Below, piece after piece: positions 1 to 26,842 of a stretch of DNA of 64,000 bases. The notes under the pieces are model-generated. The model was not told the DNA's origin and did no database searches. It saw nothing but the letters and a program-made list of their open reading frames with translations. Source of the DNA: Amoebidium appalachense (Eukaryota; Protista; Ichthyosporea); assembly GCA_963693365.1 (NCBI GenBank), contig CAVNZM010000001.1, forward strand, positions 7,332,907-7,396,906, written 5' to 3'. Every line of letters starts with the position of its first letter. Position 1 is the stretch's first letter. Both the position numbers and the translations under genes were made by a program.

Positions 1-18
1 CGCGGCCACGCACGTGCG

Positions 19-91
<73 letters not shown>

Positions 92-111
92 ACACACCTA
101 CCCCCCCCCCC

Positions 112-148
<37 letters not shown>

Positions 149-157
149 ACCCCCCCC

Positions 158-232
<75 letters not shown>

Positions 233-236
233 ACAG

Positions 237-8003
<7,767 letters not shown>

Positions 8004-8628
8004 TACCGTGGAAGTGCACCTTCCCAAGACTTTGGGTATTTCAATGACGCAAACGATAATGATTCATTTGAACTCCGGATATCTTAAATATGGGTTATTT
8101 ATGTTGTTTGCTTCAACCATGGAATTGTGTGTTTATACTCCCTTAGAAAACTGGGTAATAATTTCGCCAAAACCAAAGCCCGCTGTGCTTTAACTAAATG
8201 CAGATGATTTAGTTTAAACCCTTTACCAAAACATACTGATATCTACTGTAACAAGAGTCTGCAGTCTTATTTGGTAACCGTTTTATTCCTTGGCCGATTC
8301 TTTTGTTTGCCGTGATTTTTTGCCTCTTTTCAAGGCTTTTTGTTCTGTCTTTGAGGGCGCTCCCTCAGTCCCTCCCTGCCTCCCTCCCTCCCTCCCTCCC
8401 TCCCTCCCTCCCTCCCTCCCTCTCTTTAGGTGTGTGTGTGTGTGCTGATAGTGTGCACGTGTTTAATAATATCCCTGGGAGCCCCCCCCCCCCCCCCCCC
8501 CCCTCCTCTCAGAGACTAAATCTGGAGGGAAGCACGTGAAAAGCTATTAACTTTACATGTGATATTTCGGGAATATGAATTCGATTACAATAAATTATAA
8601 ATATACATGGTTTTTTATACCCTTCAGG

Positions 8629-8662
<34 letters not shown>

Positions 8663-8774
8663 AAAAATTTTTTTTTTGGTTTTCAAACCTTCCCCCCCCC
8701 CCTCCCCCCCTCTTCCTCCTCTCTCTCCCCTTCTCTCCCCCCGTCTCAACTAGCACACAAAAACAGGAGCGCGC

Positions 8775-8881
<107 letters not shown>

Positions 8882-8972
8882 ACACACACACATGCACACA
8901 CACACGCACAGTGCCACACGCACTGCCGCCAGCCAGTGCCACGCACACATAGTGTCACAAGCTACAAGTCGC

Positions 8973-9019
<47 letters not shown>

Positions 9020-9743
9020 AGGGGGGGAGAAAGGCACATGCACGTGTGTGCCGGCGCGGTTTCTGAGCAAAACACCCACGTCACCGCTGGCCGGCGCCGG
9101 CACGCATGCGCAGGAGGGATGTACCCGTGACACGTGCTTGAATCTGGAGGCTCATGATTGGAACTCACTCGAATAGAATATGACGTCATCGGCAGGAATC
9201 GAACGATATTATGATATTGATTTTTGTTACATCGCTCGGAAAAACGTAAAGCAATTGAATGCGCCATGTTTTGCATCATATATGTTTTGTATTTGTAATG
9301 AATAAGTGTTTCGTTCAGGAAAAAGGCGTTTTTTTTTTGCGGCGTGAAGATACACACCTTGAGCCTCTCCTTGAGCCCATGAATTGCTGATAGCAGGCCT
9401 AGACTCCATTGGCTCAGACGTTGCGCAAAGAAGCGATGCAAACAGATTGAGTATTATGGGTCATAGTCCACATAGTACTCTGAAGCTGTCTTCCAGCGCT
9501 AACGTGCAGAATAAATGCCCTAAAAATATGTGGAAATAATTAAGAATATAATATAGTGATAAAAATATTATTACTAATACAGCTACTAGCTCTTTTATCT
9601 CTGAAATCGTTGGACTCTGTCCGTGTTGGAACCGGAAGGCATCATGAGGCTGTCAGGTGTTTTTGCACCTCTCTTTGCCTCTCAGTAGAAACCAATGGTA
9701 TCGCGTATCTGGCTAGAATTCAAAAACGAATAGATCCCAGGCC

Positions 9744-9752
9744 TATATAAAC
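9744..9752 (+). promoter_or_regulatory. TATA box of the 209-aa gene
   Basis: CTATATAAACG ~170 nt upstream of ATG 9916; the same CTATATAAACG precedes the GH114 gene. Confidence 0.6.
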
Positions 9753-9915
9753 GTAGACGCAGCCAGCTTCAGGAGAAGAATCATCACATCCACATGCACA
9801 CGAGGTCACTCAGTCTATTCTACTCACTCTAAAACACTTTTCAGTACGAAAACCCCTTTTAGTTTACTCGAAAAAACAACCTATTTCTCGTACTCTTTTT
9901 CAAAAAGACTTCAAG

Positions 9916-10545
9916 ATGTCTCTCCAAAACACCACCACCACCGCCACCACCGACTGCACGACAACGACAAAGCATCCCGACCTCTTCCACACGGACGACT
10001 CGTGCAAAAACAACCAACTACCCGATGGTGTCTACGTAGACCCAGAAGACACACTCAAAGAAATGGACCGCATGTGCCGCACCAACTTCCTCACACACGT
10101 ACGCAACGAGAAAAACGCGCGGTGGGTGGGCCTCGCCATAGAGAGAGTGGTTTCAGAACTGCAGGTCGAACGTGCTGCTATGGGCATACGGTGGATTACG
10201 AGTGGGTGGAACATACAACACATTGCTGTTTTGATCAAGTTTGCAACGTGTAAAAAGTGGACATGCCCGCAAATTGCAGAGCTTACAGACATTGTCTCTC
10301 GTGACTGGCCTATGGAACCTCACACTGCACGTCTTGCATATCACATGATCGAGGGGATGACGCTGGAAGGCGCAGCGGATTTTCTCGCTCTTATGACGAA
10401 GGAGTGGTCTCCCCATTCGGCATTAACTCTCCTTGAGGAGATTTCGAAGCTTTATGGGTGGAACAACAGCATGTTCAACCGTATTGCTGTGTTGTTTACG
10501 TTGGCGCGTGCGACGATGAAAATGCAGCTTCTGAAAATAGAGTAG
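9916..10545 (+). CDS. Intronless 209-aa protein of unknown function with ~16-17-aa Trp-anchored helical repeats
   Basis: Repeat-free ORF with ATG in TCAAGATG context and an upstream TATA box. Anchor residues L82, W98, W115, W131, M148, W164, W182. Confidence 0.75.
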   Translation: MSLQNTTTTATTDCTTTTKHPDLFHTDDSCKNNQLPDGVYVDPEDTLKEMDRMCRTNFLTHVRNEKNARWVGLAIERVVSELQVERAAMGIRWITSGWNIQHIAVLIKFATCKKWTCPQIAELTDIVSRDWPMEPHTARLAYHMIEGMTLEGAADFLALMTKEWSPHSALTLLEEISKLYGWNNSMFNRIAVLFTLARATMKMQLLKIE

Positions 10546-11584
10546 GTCTCATGAGTCATGTTTCTCTTGAAAAAGGTTTTGTGAATTTACACGAATATAA
10601 CAGCCGACCACGTAATACAGTAAAGTCGTTTTATACAATGTCTTTCACCATGAGAATTGTGGTACCACATAGTATAATGATAATAGAATATATGTTTGAG
10701 TAAAATATTCGTGTGAATACATATATATGCATGAAGTATGATAACTGTTTGACTATATCGACGGGTTTCGTAGCAGTAAATCAGTACAAATAGAATGATA
10801 TACCATGAGAGAAGATTACCTTCCCACACGTAGCAGAGTCTGCATTTAACACATGTAGAGTGTATAGTCGTTGCACACGCACACACGGAGATGATCAGTC
10901 TCTATATGGGTGCAATATACTACTTACTACTAGTGTGTGTACTTAATCGGGCTGCATGCACTATCACCGAAGTATCACACAAGTGTTAACACGGTGCTGG
11001 AGAGTCTGTGTAACCGTCAGTCATCAATATAACTCCCGGTTTATTATGGATTTGTGGCGGGGTTTATATACTCCGCGGGGGAGCACAACACGGTTGTGCT
11101 CTCGAGTACAACCAATTGTGCTCTCGGGAAAATACATCGGGTAGAGCACACAGCTAACCAAGCCCCAGTCCCATCCAGACACACGGGACTGCAGGCGGTG
11201 CGCTCCGAGCCAATCAAACGGCAGTGAGCCATCCAGCCACCACAAGATCGGATTGCGGAGCGCATAATCACACTCGCCAAATAAGCAGATAGACAACGAA
11301 CTAGCACAAGTAGGAAATACTTAGTAATAATAATAGTGATATTGGTGTTGTATATTCCAACATACCACTGTGCGAATAATCACGGGAGCTGGGCTTTCGA
11401 ATGGTAAATACTTGCTGGGCACCATCACAGACCGCAAAGCTCAACCCCATTCCTCCCCTCAGCCCCTCAACCCTCCCTCTCCGTCACGCTAAAACCTGCT
11501 TCTTCTCTCACCTCACCTCCCCCCCCCTCCCCCCCCCCCCCCCCCCCTCCATCCCCCCCCTTCCCCCCCTTCCCCCACCCACCA

Positions 11585-11616
<32 letters not shown>

Positions 11617-12081
11617 ACCTCACCCCACAAAGACCCTCTTGTGGTACCCCTTCAACCAAGGTGGTCTCTGTTTTCCCATTACTTATGAACCTCCTTTCTT
11701 AGAGCAAATTCCCGCGTCTCTCTCCGGTATAATAAGCTATGCTCCCTTTCAAAATTTATACAACCTCGTTTTTTGCATTTCATTTATTTGTGTGAAGAGT
11801 AAGAAAGGTGTTGAATATGTGTGCACACACCCACGCACTGGTTGTGTGCGGGTATTGTGTGTGTTTTTTTGCTTGTGTGTGTGCGTGCTTGCGCATGCGC
11901 GTGTGTTCGGGCTTGCGTGGGTGCGTGCGAAGTTGCGTGCGAAGTTGCATGTGTGGGTGCATGTGTAGGTGCGTACGCGCATGCGCGCGTTTGTGTGCAC
12001 ACAAGAGCATGTGCGTGGACAGAGAGCATGTGCAATTGTGTTTGTTCATTGGTGGCCACGGGTAGCATATGGTCATATGCT

Positions 12082-12132
<51 letters not shown>

Positions 12133-12926
12133 GCTCTGTTTGGGAGACTCGTCTTGGATGGAGGAGGTGGGGGTGGAGGGGAAGTGTGGGATCAGGGGTA
12201 TCATATTATTTAGTATGGGGATGTGGAGTTCATGCTTCCGTACGTGTCACACAAACTGGGTCAGTCTCCTTATATGCTTATCATCATAACCAACTAAACT
12301 TTCAGCCGTAGGTGGCCCACAAATGATTGTGTGTAACCTGCGAACTACTCGGTGCCTCAACGTGTGATGTGCACGCGTGTGTGTGTGTGTGTGTGTGTGT
12401 TCCTTTTTCTGGTGGTGGTGGTGGGGGGGGGGGGGGGAGGGGAGGGAGGGGGGGAGGGGGGGGAGGTTGTTTGCATATCACTCATAACGCCCTTGTATGC
12501 CAACGCATACTTTGACTCGTGCAATACACCTAATGGATAGTTCGTGTGTTACATATATCCAGCAAATATCTTCTGTACATCTACATATTCATCCGCAGAA
12601 ACCTATCTTCTTTATAAGGTGGACACCAGGCCCGCCAGTATTTGCGTAAAACTACTACCGAATGCATATCCCGGTCACTTAGATAATCAGACATTTCTGA
12701 CGCCATAACAACCTACATGGGGAATTCTAGTTCGCTATTTCGACGTTAAAAATTCACAATAATATATGTATCCCGCATATTTGAAATACACCATGGGCCG
12801 TATCGATATCTATAACAGACATACATAAGGGCCGATGTGGTATTATGTGGATCAGGATTAAAATTGGTCTATCCTAGGAGTGCTTGGATTGGGCATATTC
12901 AGCCTTAAAAGAAATTTGCGTATCCT

Positions 12927-13003
<77 letters not shown>

Positions 13004-13006
13004 CAC

Positions 13007-13041
<35 letters not shown>

Positions 13042-13287
13042 CACGGTGTGTGTGTGTGTGTGTGTGTGTATTGCCTATATTCACCTAGAGCATATCCTAA
13101 TTTCTGCTTACAAGGCACACCTTGCCTTTCTCTACTTATCCCCCCCCCCCCCCCCCCTCCCCCCCCCCCCCCCCCCCCCCCCCGTGAAGAGACATCCATT
13201 ACAAAACCCCTACCCCCCCCCCCCCCAAAAAAAAAAAAAAAAAAAGGAAAGAAGATTATGAACCCCACACTTGTGAAAGCATGTAAG

Positions 13288-13344
<57 letters not shown>

Positions 13345-13439
13345 AAAAAGGAAAAGAGATTATGAACCCGACACTTGTGAAAGCATGTTCAGAAAGTTTT
13401 GGGCTTATAGCTCTTTGAAAAGCATTGCTTGATCGAAAG

Positions 13440-13479
<40 letters not shown>

Positions 13480-13738
13480 CCCCGAAAAAAAAAAGAAAAA
13501 ACCTTCATTCCCTGAGTCATAAGCCACTGAGGGGAAACGGTAGGAAAGCGACGTAAGTGTGCACAGAAGCAAGCGACTGGTGTCTGAAGGAGCCTGAAAC
13601 AACAAAAAAACAAAAAAAAACAAAGACAAAAGTAGTAGGCGAAATCGCAGGAGAAATTGGTAAGTACTGGTGATCACACAAATCAGGAGATTTCTCCAAC
13701 CCGGATCGTGTAGATTGTAGCGGTGATTGTTCCAAATT

Positions 13739-14663
13739 TCACTCGTGACATGAGGAAATTATGGCGTCCATTTCACTGCATATATTCTCAAGTTCGGCAG
13801 GGTCGACATTCCATGAAAAATCCATCTCGTCAAGACAAATCGGCTCCGTCATATCTAACATATCCACCTGACTGACGTTAGGCACCCCCAAAGGGTTCGC
13901 GCTGCCCACTGAGAATCCGGCAATCGGATTGGAAGTGACCGAATTTTGATTTCCGTATGAATTCGGCTGTGGCTGCGCATGTTTTTCCTCGGGAACTTGC
14001 TCGTAGGAAAGCGACCGTTTCCGCTCTGCCATTACCAAACCCCCCTCTGGCGTCAATTCCTCAGATTCCGTATTGTGATATTCCATATCCTCATTCCCGG
14101 AACTTTGCCCCGAATTGTGGTAAGAATCCCCCCCAGAATCAGCATCCATGGGACTACCCGCCCCTTGCTCCGCTCTGTCCGAAATTCCCGGTTGCAAATT
14201 ACCGGAAAACACTCTTTCCGGTTGGCTGGGACGTGGGGCTTTCGGCCCCCTTTTAAGGCTGGTGCGTCGAATCGTCTTGGTTGGGTGTGGGGGCTCGTCT
14301 TCTGGGATCGCTTCCTCGCAAATGGACGATACGGAAATCGAATGTGAAATATCCGAAATCCGGTGAAGGGCGGGCTCACTCTGCGTTCGAAGAACCTTGA
14401 ATTTTGTGCTTTTGGATTCGTTTTCCACCGAGTTTGCCGATTTGGGCGGATTCAGAACTCCGGCCGGGTCCGCCACGGATTTTATTCCCGATTTTCGCTT
14501 GTGATTGGACGGGTCATTCGATAAAGATTTCTTTCTCTTCTCTCGGCGTTTTTGAGGCGGTTTGTTTGTTGGCGGCCAGACGTTGTGGTGCTTGATTCGG
14601 ATGTGTGTCTGTGTGGGAAAGGATGATGTGTGAGTGTTCAGGCCATGTTCTTGGGTTTACTGG

Positions 14664-14698
<35 letters not shown>

Positions 14699-16161
14699 CG
14701 CCTTTTGCCTGGGTGTGTGTGAGTTGTTAATGTTCTTATCACGGGGGCTGTGTGTGCGTACGTGTGTCAGGTGCACGTGGGCACATGTACACATGTGTGA
14801 ACGTGCACATCTGTGAATGTGCCCGTGTATGTGTGTGTGTTTTGTGTTTATGTGCTTGTATGTGTTTGTGTTTGTGTGTGATGTTTTTGCCCATGTGTGT
14901 GTGTGGGTGAAGGTGTGGGTACGTGCATGCATGTGTGTTTATCTGTGTGTGCGCCCTCACACATGTAGATGCCCTGCTTCTGCCTTGGTATACCCGCACT
15001 TTGCCATGTGCAGGTGCGCATGGGGTTTTATGTCTGAAATTGTCCCCTCCAAACCTCCCTCCCCCCTCTTTTCTTTCTTTTCTCTTTTCTTCTCTTCTTT
15101 TTTCTTTTCCCCCTCCACCCACACGCGCACACACACAAACAGACATGTACACGTACGTGCAGAGAAGACTCTGTGGCATAGACCCTCCCACACCCCTCGT
15201 GTCCACACGTGACGGTCCTTTCCAGTTCCTTGAAAGTTCGCCGTCTGCGGGGTTTTTTCGGGGGGTCTGTGGAGAAATGGTGTGTAAGGAGGCGTGAATC
15301 CACATTGTAGGTGCACTTGCGCGAGATCGACCGGTGGATCTGATTACGATTTTGGTAGTTGGGGAGTTGGGGGGGGGGGGGGGGGGGGGGGGGGGGAGGG
15401 GGCGGAAGGTGGGGAGGGAGAGATGGGAGAGGTCTGGATGTGGGATTGGGGGGATATGTGTGGCAGTGGTGGTGGTTTTGTCGGTGGGTACCTTTTTTTT
15501 TTTTTTTTTTTTTCCCCTTTCGGGAGGAGGGGGGGGGGGGGGGGGTGGAGGGGGTTAGTGGTGGAGGTGGGAGGGAGGATGGGAGGGGGGAGGGGGGATC
15601 ATGAGAGCAGAACTGCAGATTGAATTCGATGTCTGTTCCTAAAAGGTCATAAAAACTTTACAGATTCCAATTATACTTAGCAATACATTACTAAGTCGAC
15701 TGGTGAGTGGGTGGTTCATGCTAATCATCATGTGATGTGCAGTCAGAATGCATAGAACCCAACACACATGCATGATTTTAACCCGTGCGTATGGGCGTTA
15801 AACTTAATACTACAATCACTGAGCTGTTTCAACAGTTTTCCTATTTAACAATTCCAAATTACGGTGATTGTATTCCCTGGTGTTAAGGCGATGGCATGTT
15901 GTAAACACGGGCACCCCACAGCCGTGAGCTTTGACTCAAACTACTAATCTCGTTGGTTACCTCCCCTTAATTCTTGCTGCACACACCCACCCACTCACAC
16001 ACACACGGCCGAACACATACAAACACGAATGCACACAAAGACACACACAAAAACACAAACCACAAACGAGCAGATACGAGCACACGTACCACATCAAAAC
16101 GTGGACAGTAAGTACTCACGCACAGTTGCAAACACACAAGCACGCACGGTTGAGGGGGGGA

Positions 16162-16210
<49 letters not shown>

Positions 16211-16382
16211 ACACATTCACATACACAGGACCGATGCACCTATGCCGCAACACATGTATAATAGACACACACACACACACCTTCCAAATTCGCATCAGCG
16301 CCAGGTGTGTCCTCAGGCTTCGTTGCCCTGGTCACACGAGTGTTAGTGAGCATCACTGATGGAAGTGCATTGTTGCGTGTGC

Positions 16383-16414
<32 letters not shown>

Positions 16415-16423
16415 GTGTATGTG

Positions 16424-16454
<31 letters not shown>

Positions 16455-17248
16455 GCGTGCGTGCGTGTTCGTGTCTGTCCATGTCTGTGTGTATTCTCTC
16501 TCTCTGTGTGTGTGTGTGTGGAAAAAAGGTATTCAGAGAGAAATCTACACCAAAGGAGTGCAAAATGAGCCCATCAACGAACCGCAAACAGTTAAAACCA
16601 CAATAGTGGACCATAGCAAAACTGCCAGACGAAAACTAAATATAGGACTAAATTCTAGTTTTGCTCGGTTTGTTCGTTTATGTGTGAGTGAGTGTGTGTG
16701 TGCCTTTGCGGATGTTGTTGCACTGATGGGGGGGGGGGGGGGGGGGGAGGGGGGGGGGGAGGGGGTGATGGCGGAGTCTGTGATGGAACAAAAGGCGTAC
16801 TTTTTTTGGAGTGGGGAGGGGGGTGGAGGGGTTGGAGGGAAGAGAATGGGAAGGAAAGGGGGGTAATAAGAAGTGCGTATGAGATAGAAAACGCCCAACA
16901 GTAGTGTTAGAGAGTACATCAAATAAGGGGAATAGAGCGCTTGAAGGAATCAGGGCTTACGTAAGGAATAGCAAGGAAAAACCAGGTGCAGAGAGGTAGA
17001 AATACCATAAAATGGAGTTGTGGTAATGGGGGGGGGAGGTGGGAGGGGGGAGGGGGGTGTTCAAGGGGGAAAAGATGGGGAAAGGGAGAGCCCAGGAAAA
17101 AGGGAGCGGGAGGGGGGTGTCTTACGGTTCTCCCTTGCATTTGATAGGCACTGGGAAAGGTCTGGGGGGAGACCTGCCGACCATTTTTGGCCCCAAACTC
17201 CTGCCGTTTATGCTGTTATTGTGTGCCTCATGGTATGCATGCACATGC

Positions 17249-17294
<46 letters not shown>

Positions 17295-17611
17295 AAAAAA
17301 AAAAAAAAACTCCCCGCCCCCTCCCCCCTTCCGGGGCATTTCTCTCCACCTGCCAATACAAAGAAAAGAGAAAGCAATGACCAAAAAAAAAAAAAAAAAA
17401 AAAAAAAAACAAACCCGACATAGCGTACCATGCACTCATCAGGGATTTCCGGCTCTTACTTCCCCGTTTATCCCCCCCCCCCCCCCCTCCCCTTCCCCCC
17501 AGCGCCCCTTTCCGGTCCCCTTTTCGTCTTTCTCGCACTCCTCTGCTTTGACAAAAACCTACACCCACCAGAGGCACAAAAACACCACACCCGCTTCGAC
17601 CCACCTTCATC

Positions 17612-17647
<36 letters not shown>

Positions 17648-19678
17648 CCCCCCCTCCCCAACCCTCCCCCCCAACAAACAACAAAGGCTCTTCTCATTCT
17701 GGGACATGCCAGGTGTAAAACCGGCTATGATGGTAAACGAAGACAAGGGACAGGATTTACTACCTCCACAGCAGTACCTAAAGTAGACATCATACAACGA
17801 CAATGAATGAAAACACTTGAAAGGTTGTGAGAAGTGGCAGAGGGAATAAAGGGGGTCATTGAGGGGGGAAGGCTGTGTGACGGAGGGGAGGGAGAGCGGT
17901 GGAGACGACATTAAAAAGTAGATCTGGCGGGAAAGGGGGGGGGGGCGGGGGGGATGAAAAAAAAAACTTACCAGAGCTGCCCGATAAACTGCTGGGGTCC
18001 TCGTGCCGGATTGCCTGCCGGGTTGCCACCAGGGGGGATGGTCACAAACCCCATGGGAGAATTTCCGGTGGGTGAAGGGTGAATCCCCCCAATACCTCCA
18101 CCGAGACCGGAGGGGATGGTACTGTGCATCGGGGGTATCGGAGAGAGAAATGATGCATCTTGTGGGGATAAATTGGGAATTTGAGAAATTTGGTTGTGGG
18201 GGTTTAAAATCAATGATCCCAAACCCAAAGATTGGGCTATGGGTGATGCGGCCGCAGGCCCAGGGGTTTGGGGGGCCATTCCTCCCAGCGACGGCGTGAC
18301 TTGTGGCATCCCTGTGATTGGATTGGTTGCATGTCAGCCGGAATCTTGCTAGATGCATCCGCAAACGCCTATTGTGGGCCATGGCATTGTGACTCCTACT
18401 TCTATGCAATACGTAACCCCAATGAGTCCTTCACTTTCTACTCAAAGCCCCCCAGTCCCCCCTCCCCCCCCCCCCCCCCCCTCCTCCCCCTCGCCCCCTT
18501 TCACCATAAGTCAACTTCCCCTGTCCCCCCACTACCCTCTGTTGCTCTATCCTTCACCACCCATCCGTTCTTTATTGGTGGCAGGGGCATGTATAAGACA
18601 TGTTTGAATTAAATCAGCACACACACAGTGACAGCGGTGCACAATATTACGCACGAAACATGCTCACATACAGACACAGACCTTGCATTCCCATGGCGTT
18701 GACTGGGCTGACCTGGCTGGCCAGTGCCAGAATGCTCTGCTCCATTGGCTGAAAGTCCTTCGGTTGCATTAGCTGGCTGGAGATGCCGTTCAATGATTCG
18801 GCGGTTACAAGTACCGTTTGCATCCCCATGTTTTGATTGGTTGCCGAGTGCATATGGGGTTGCTGCAGTTGTACTGGGAAATTTCCCAATCGGCCCTGGG
18901 CAATTGCAAGCGGCTGTGGTTGGAGGGGCGAAGAACCCGTCCTGTGAGCGTAATTTAGACCCCCCCGCTGGTCCCCCATACGTGCCGGTGGGGGTCCAAC
19001 GTCAAATTGTGGCTTCCCGAGCAGCTCCATTTGTAATTGTTGGAGCAGGTGATCGGATTGATCCGAATTACCCTGGGAAAGTATTCTCGTCACTTCCGCC
19101 GTAATCGCGTTTTGTTCTTGAACATTTTGCTCCTGCTGTAACCTCTCTGCAAGTGCGTTCAACCCGGACTGATCGACTGGCAAACCCCCCGCCTTGACCA
19201 AAACTTCATTATTCGACAACATAGAACCCTCATCTCGTTGTCCCCCGCCCCCGAAATTTTTTTGGCCGAGCATGTTTCCGGAACCGGTGCTACCGACACT
19301 GTTCACGTTTTGCACCAATTGATCCAAAAACAACATCTCCGGGGTAGGGCACGATCCAGCGGGGACCGAATCATCAGGAGAAACGGAGAGTGGGATTGAA
19401 CTTGCGGAATAAGATCCCATTCGATGAGCCCCCCCTGTGTCCATTACGATCGGGAGACTCCCGTGGGTTTGCATCTGAAATTGCGAGATTTGAGGGGTTG
19501 CATTGGGGTCTAGAACCCCACCGCTGGAGGCGGAACTCATCCCAATGCCCATGGTCATCCCTGGCTGGGGCTGAAAGAACCCCCCTATATTTGGCATGGA
19601 ACCTGCCTGTGTTGCCATGTTGAGGTGGAGCCCGGGCGCACTCGCCGTTCGAAAAATGGTGTTTTCGCGCAAGATCAT
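13739..19678 (-). CDS. 787-aa single C2H2 zinc-finger transcription factor (Con7-like finger), 5 exons: 19678-18682, 18311-17972, 16327-16281, 15266-15157, 14608-13739
   Basis: Exon lengths 997+340+47+110+870=2364 nt with consistent phases. The finger [34 protein letters not shown]|THIRIKH is completed across an intron and followed by basic [13 protein letters not shown]-rich N-terminus and acidic C-terminus. Extra small exons between 17970 and 16330 cannot be excluded. Confidence 0.8.
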
Positions 19679-20951
19679 TTACTAGGCTAAGGCTTTCTAT
19701 ATGGGCAAAGGTGTCGAGAAATAGTGTGCAATAACAAAGTGTCTATGACTGTGTATGCTGTTTTGTTGTAGTAATGACTAGTAGTTAGCAGAGTAGTTAA
19801 TGCTGATTTATAAAGAAAACGTGAAAGTGAACGTGGGTGTGGCACAACAGAACCTGTTCATGGTTGGAACTGTGTGCTGCCTGGCTTCACAGCCACAAGC
19901 AAATTAGAGAACTACCGACAATGTGTTTGAGAAAAGTGTTTAAACGACCTGTCGGGGTCCGAGAGATGAAATCAAAAACAAAAAGACCGAAATGATAGTC
20001 TGTCTAACCTGGATCTGGCCCCAGGGGAACGGCCAGGAACATAGCTATAAAACGCCGGGATAAAGTTTCCGTATGTTTTCATCTCATTATGAGATTTGCT
20101 TCAAACGACACCTTTATAGTTACTACGCGACACCCACCGTAACCAACTACGTCTACACTAGGTACCAGTGTTGCTACGAATTATGCCGGGTAACCGGTGT
20201 ACCTGCCCGAACCACTACATACTCACCACCCCCTACACCAGCCCCTAGCTTCTACTTAAACGAAAAAAATTAATTTTGTACACAAACCTCTAGAGACCAC
20301 TAAAACGCCATTGGGCGTGTTACACAACTCGTGGATGTGTTGAGTAACGTCGTGTGTGTGTGACCGACGACTCTGGGCAAGGGCAGAGCAAAGGTCGGAA
20401 ACGCTCGCACTGTTTGCAGCTGGTTTAGGGCCGCGAGTACACGGCAATTGGGATGCATTGACCTGAAACCAATGATAGTCTGAGAAAGTGCCCTCTATGC
20501 ATACCACCGGAATCCGATGATCTTCTAGCTTCACGGCTTCGATCTGCACCATTTCTGTCTCATTTAGCTCTGAATACAAACGAGCTGTATTAAAACGCGG
20601 GCTATGATAATAAAATAAATACCTATTATTTTTGAATAGGCCCTAATATTAGCTGTATTTACTCAAGGACGTTTCCCTTGGGGTCCTAAATCACTAATGC
20701 TCAGGGCCGCATGACATTCAGCCCATGCAGTGGCATGCACGGTGCCATTTTAGCCAATCAGTGGGCCTTTTCGTTTTAGTTCGCACCATATATGGTCTTG
20801 TCATTTACTGAAAACATTCCTCTTCTGATTGGCGCCTGCACCATTCCTGGTCCAATCAAGTAAGCTGTTGCTCAACCATATTTTGGAGAGCTAGTTTTGG
20901 CGGCCCTGGGGTCTTGTAAGTTGTGGGTCTACAACATGTATTGTCATATAG

Positions 20952-21002
<51 letters not shown>

Positions 21003-21616
21003 GGAACCATGACTTTTTGGCTGGTTACTCGAGACAAGAAGACGTAGCTGGAGTGAAGGTGTTCAGATAAGAACTCTCGAATCCTGGGGCCTTTTGAGAC
21101 TGAGCTACTATCGAGGTGATAAGACTAATTGATCAGACAACCTGGCTCATTGCATAAAGAAATAAGCGCGTGGTTATATAAGTGTATTAATGTGTCTAAT
21201 GATGTATGCAATATTTTTATTTTTTTCCCCGTTTCTAAAAAAAAAAACCGAGTGTAATAGCAGCACGCGCAGGGCCGTTTTTGGGGTGTTTCGGACGACC
21301 TGACAACGATTACGTAATAAGCCAACTACGAGGAGCTCAGTTGAAGTTATCAAGGTTATTTGGGTTTCCGCAGGTCAGGCAGTGTTCAAGTTGACTCGGC
21401 TGCCCGGCACCGACGTCCGGATCCCGCCGGCAGGCCTACAGTATTACTGTATAGTGGAACATTGAACTAATTAGACTAATAGGCCTAATATAGCTCACGG
21501 CATTTCGCCCCATCCCTTGTTGGTGTAACCCCTCTCTCCCTCACGTCTGTATATTGCATTCCAATAGTTCGAATATTTGGTATACGGGTACAAAGAACTA
21601 CAGGCTGGCTGTCAAA
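19679..21616. promoter_or_regulatory. Divergent promoter region between the C2H2 TF and TMEM234
   Basis: Head-to-head starts 1.9 kb apart. Largely free of CA/GT and poly-C/G. CCAAT boxes at ~20754, 20828 and 20852; CArG at 20786. Confidence 0.6.
20702..20908. mobile_element. MITE-like element with CAGGGCCGC...GCGGCCCTG termini
   Basis: 9-bp perfect TIR beginning CAGGG (hAT-like). Inverted GCCAATCAG/CTGATTGGC around CCATATATGG. No clear 8-bp TSD. Confidence 0.45.

Positions 21617-26842
<5,226 letters not shown>

Noticed and set aside
13739-14476. Stand-alone 245-aa gene (CRTC-like motif)
   Set aside because: GTG start; the frame extends to the acceptor at 14608 and completes the zinc finger; no CRTC N-terminal domain
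17690-17780. Additional exon of the C2H2 TF
   Set aside because: Not needed for phase; candidate frames run into poly-G or stops
20256-20579. 107-aa ORF in the divergent promoter
   Set aside because: TTG start and no recognisable motif; probably UTR or promoter sequence
21360-21440. GC-rich tRNA-like stretch
   Set aside because: No convincing cloverleaf or A/B boxes
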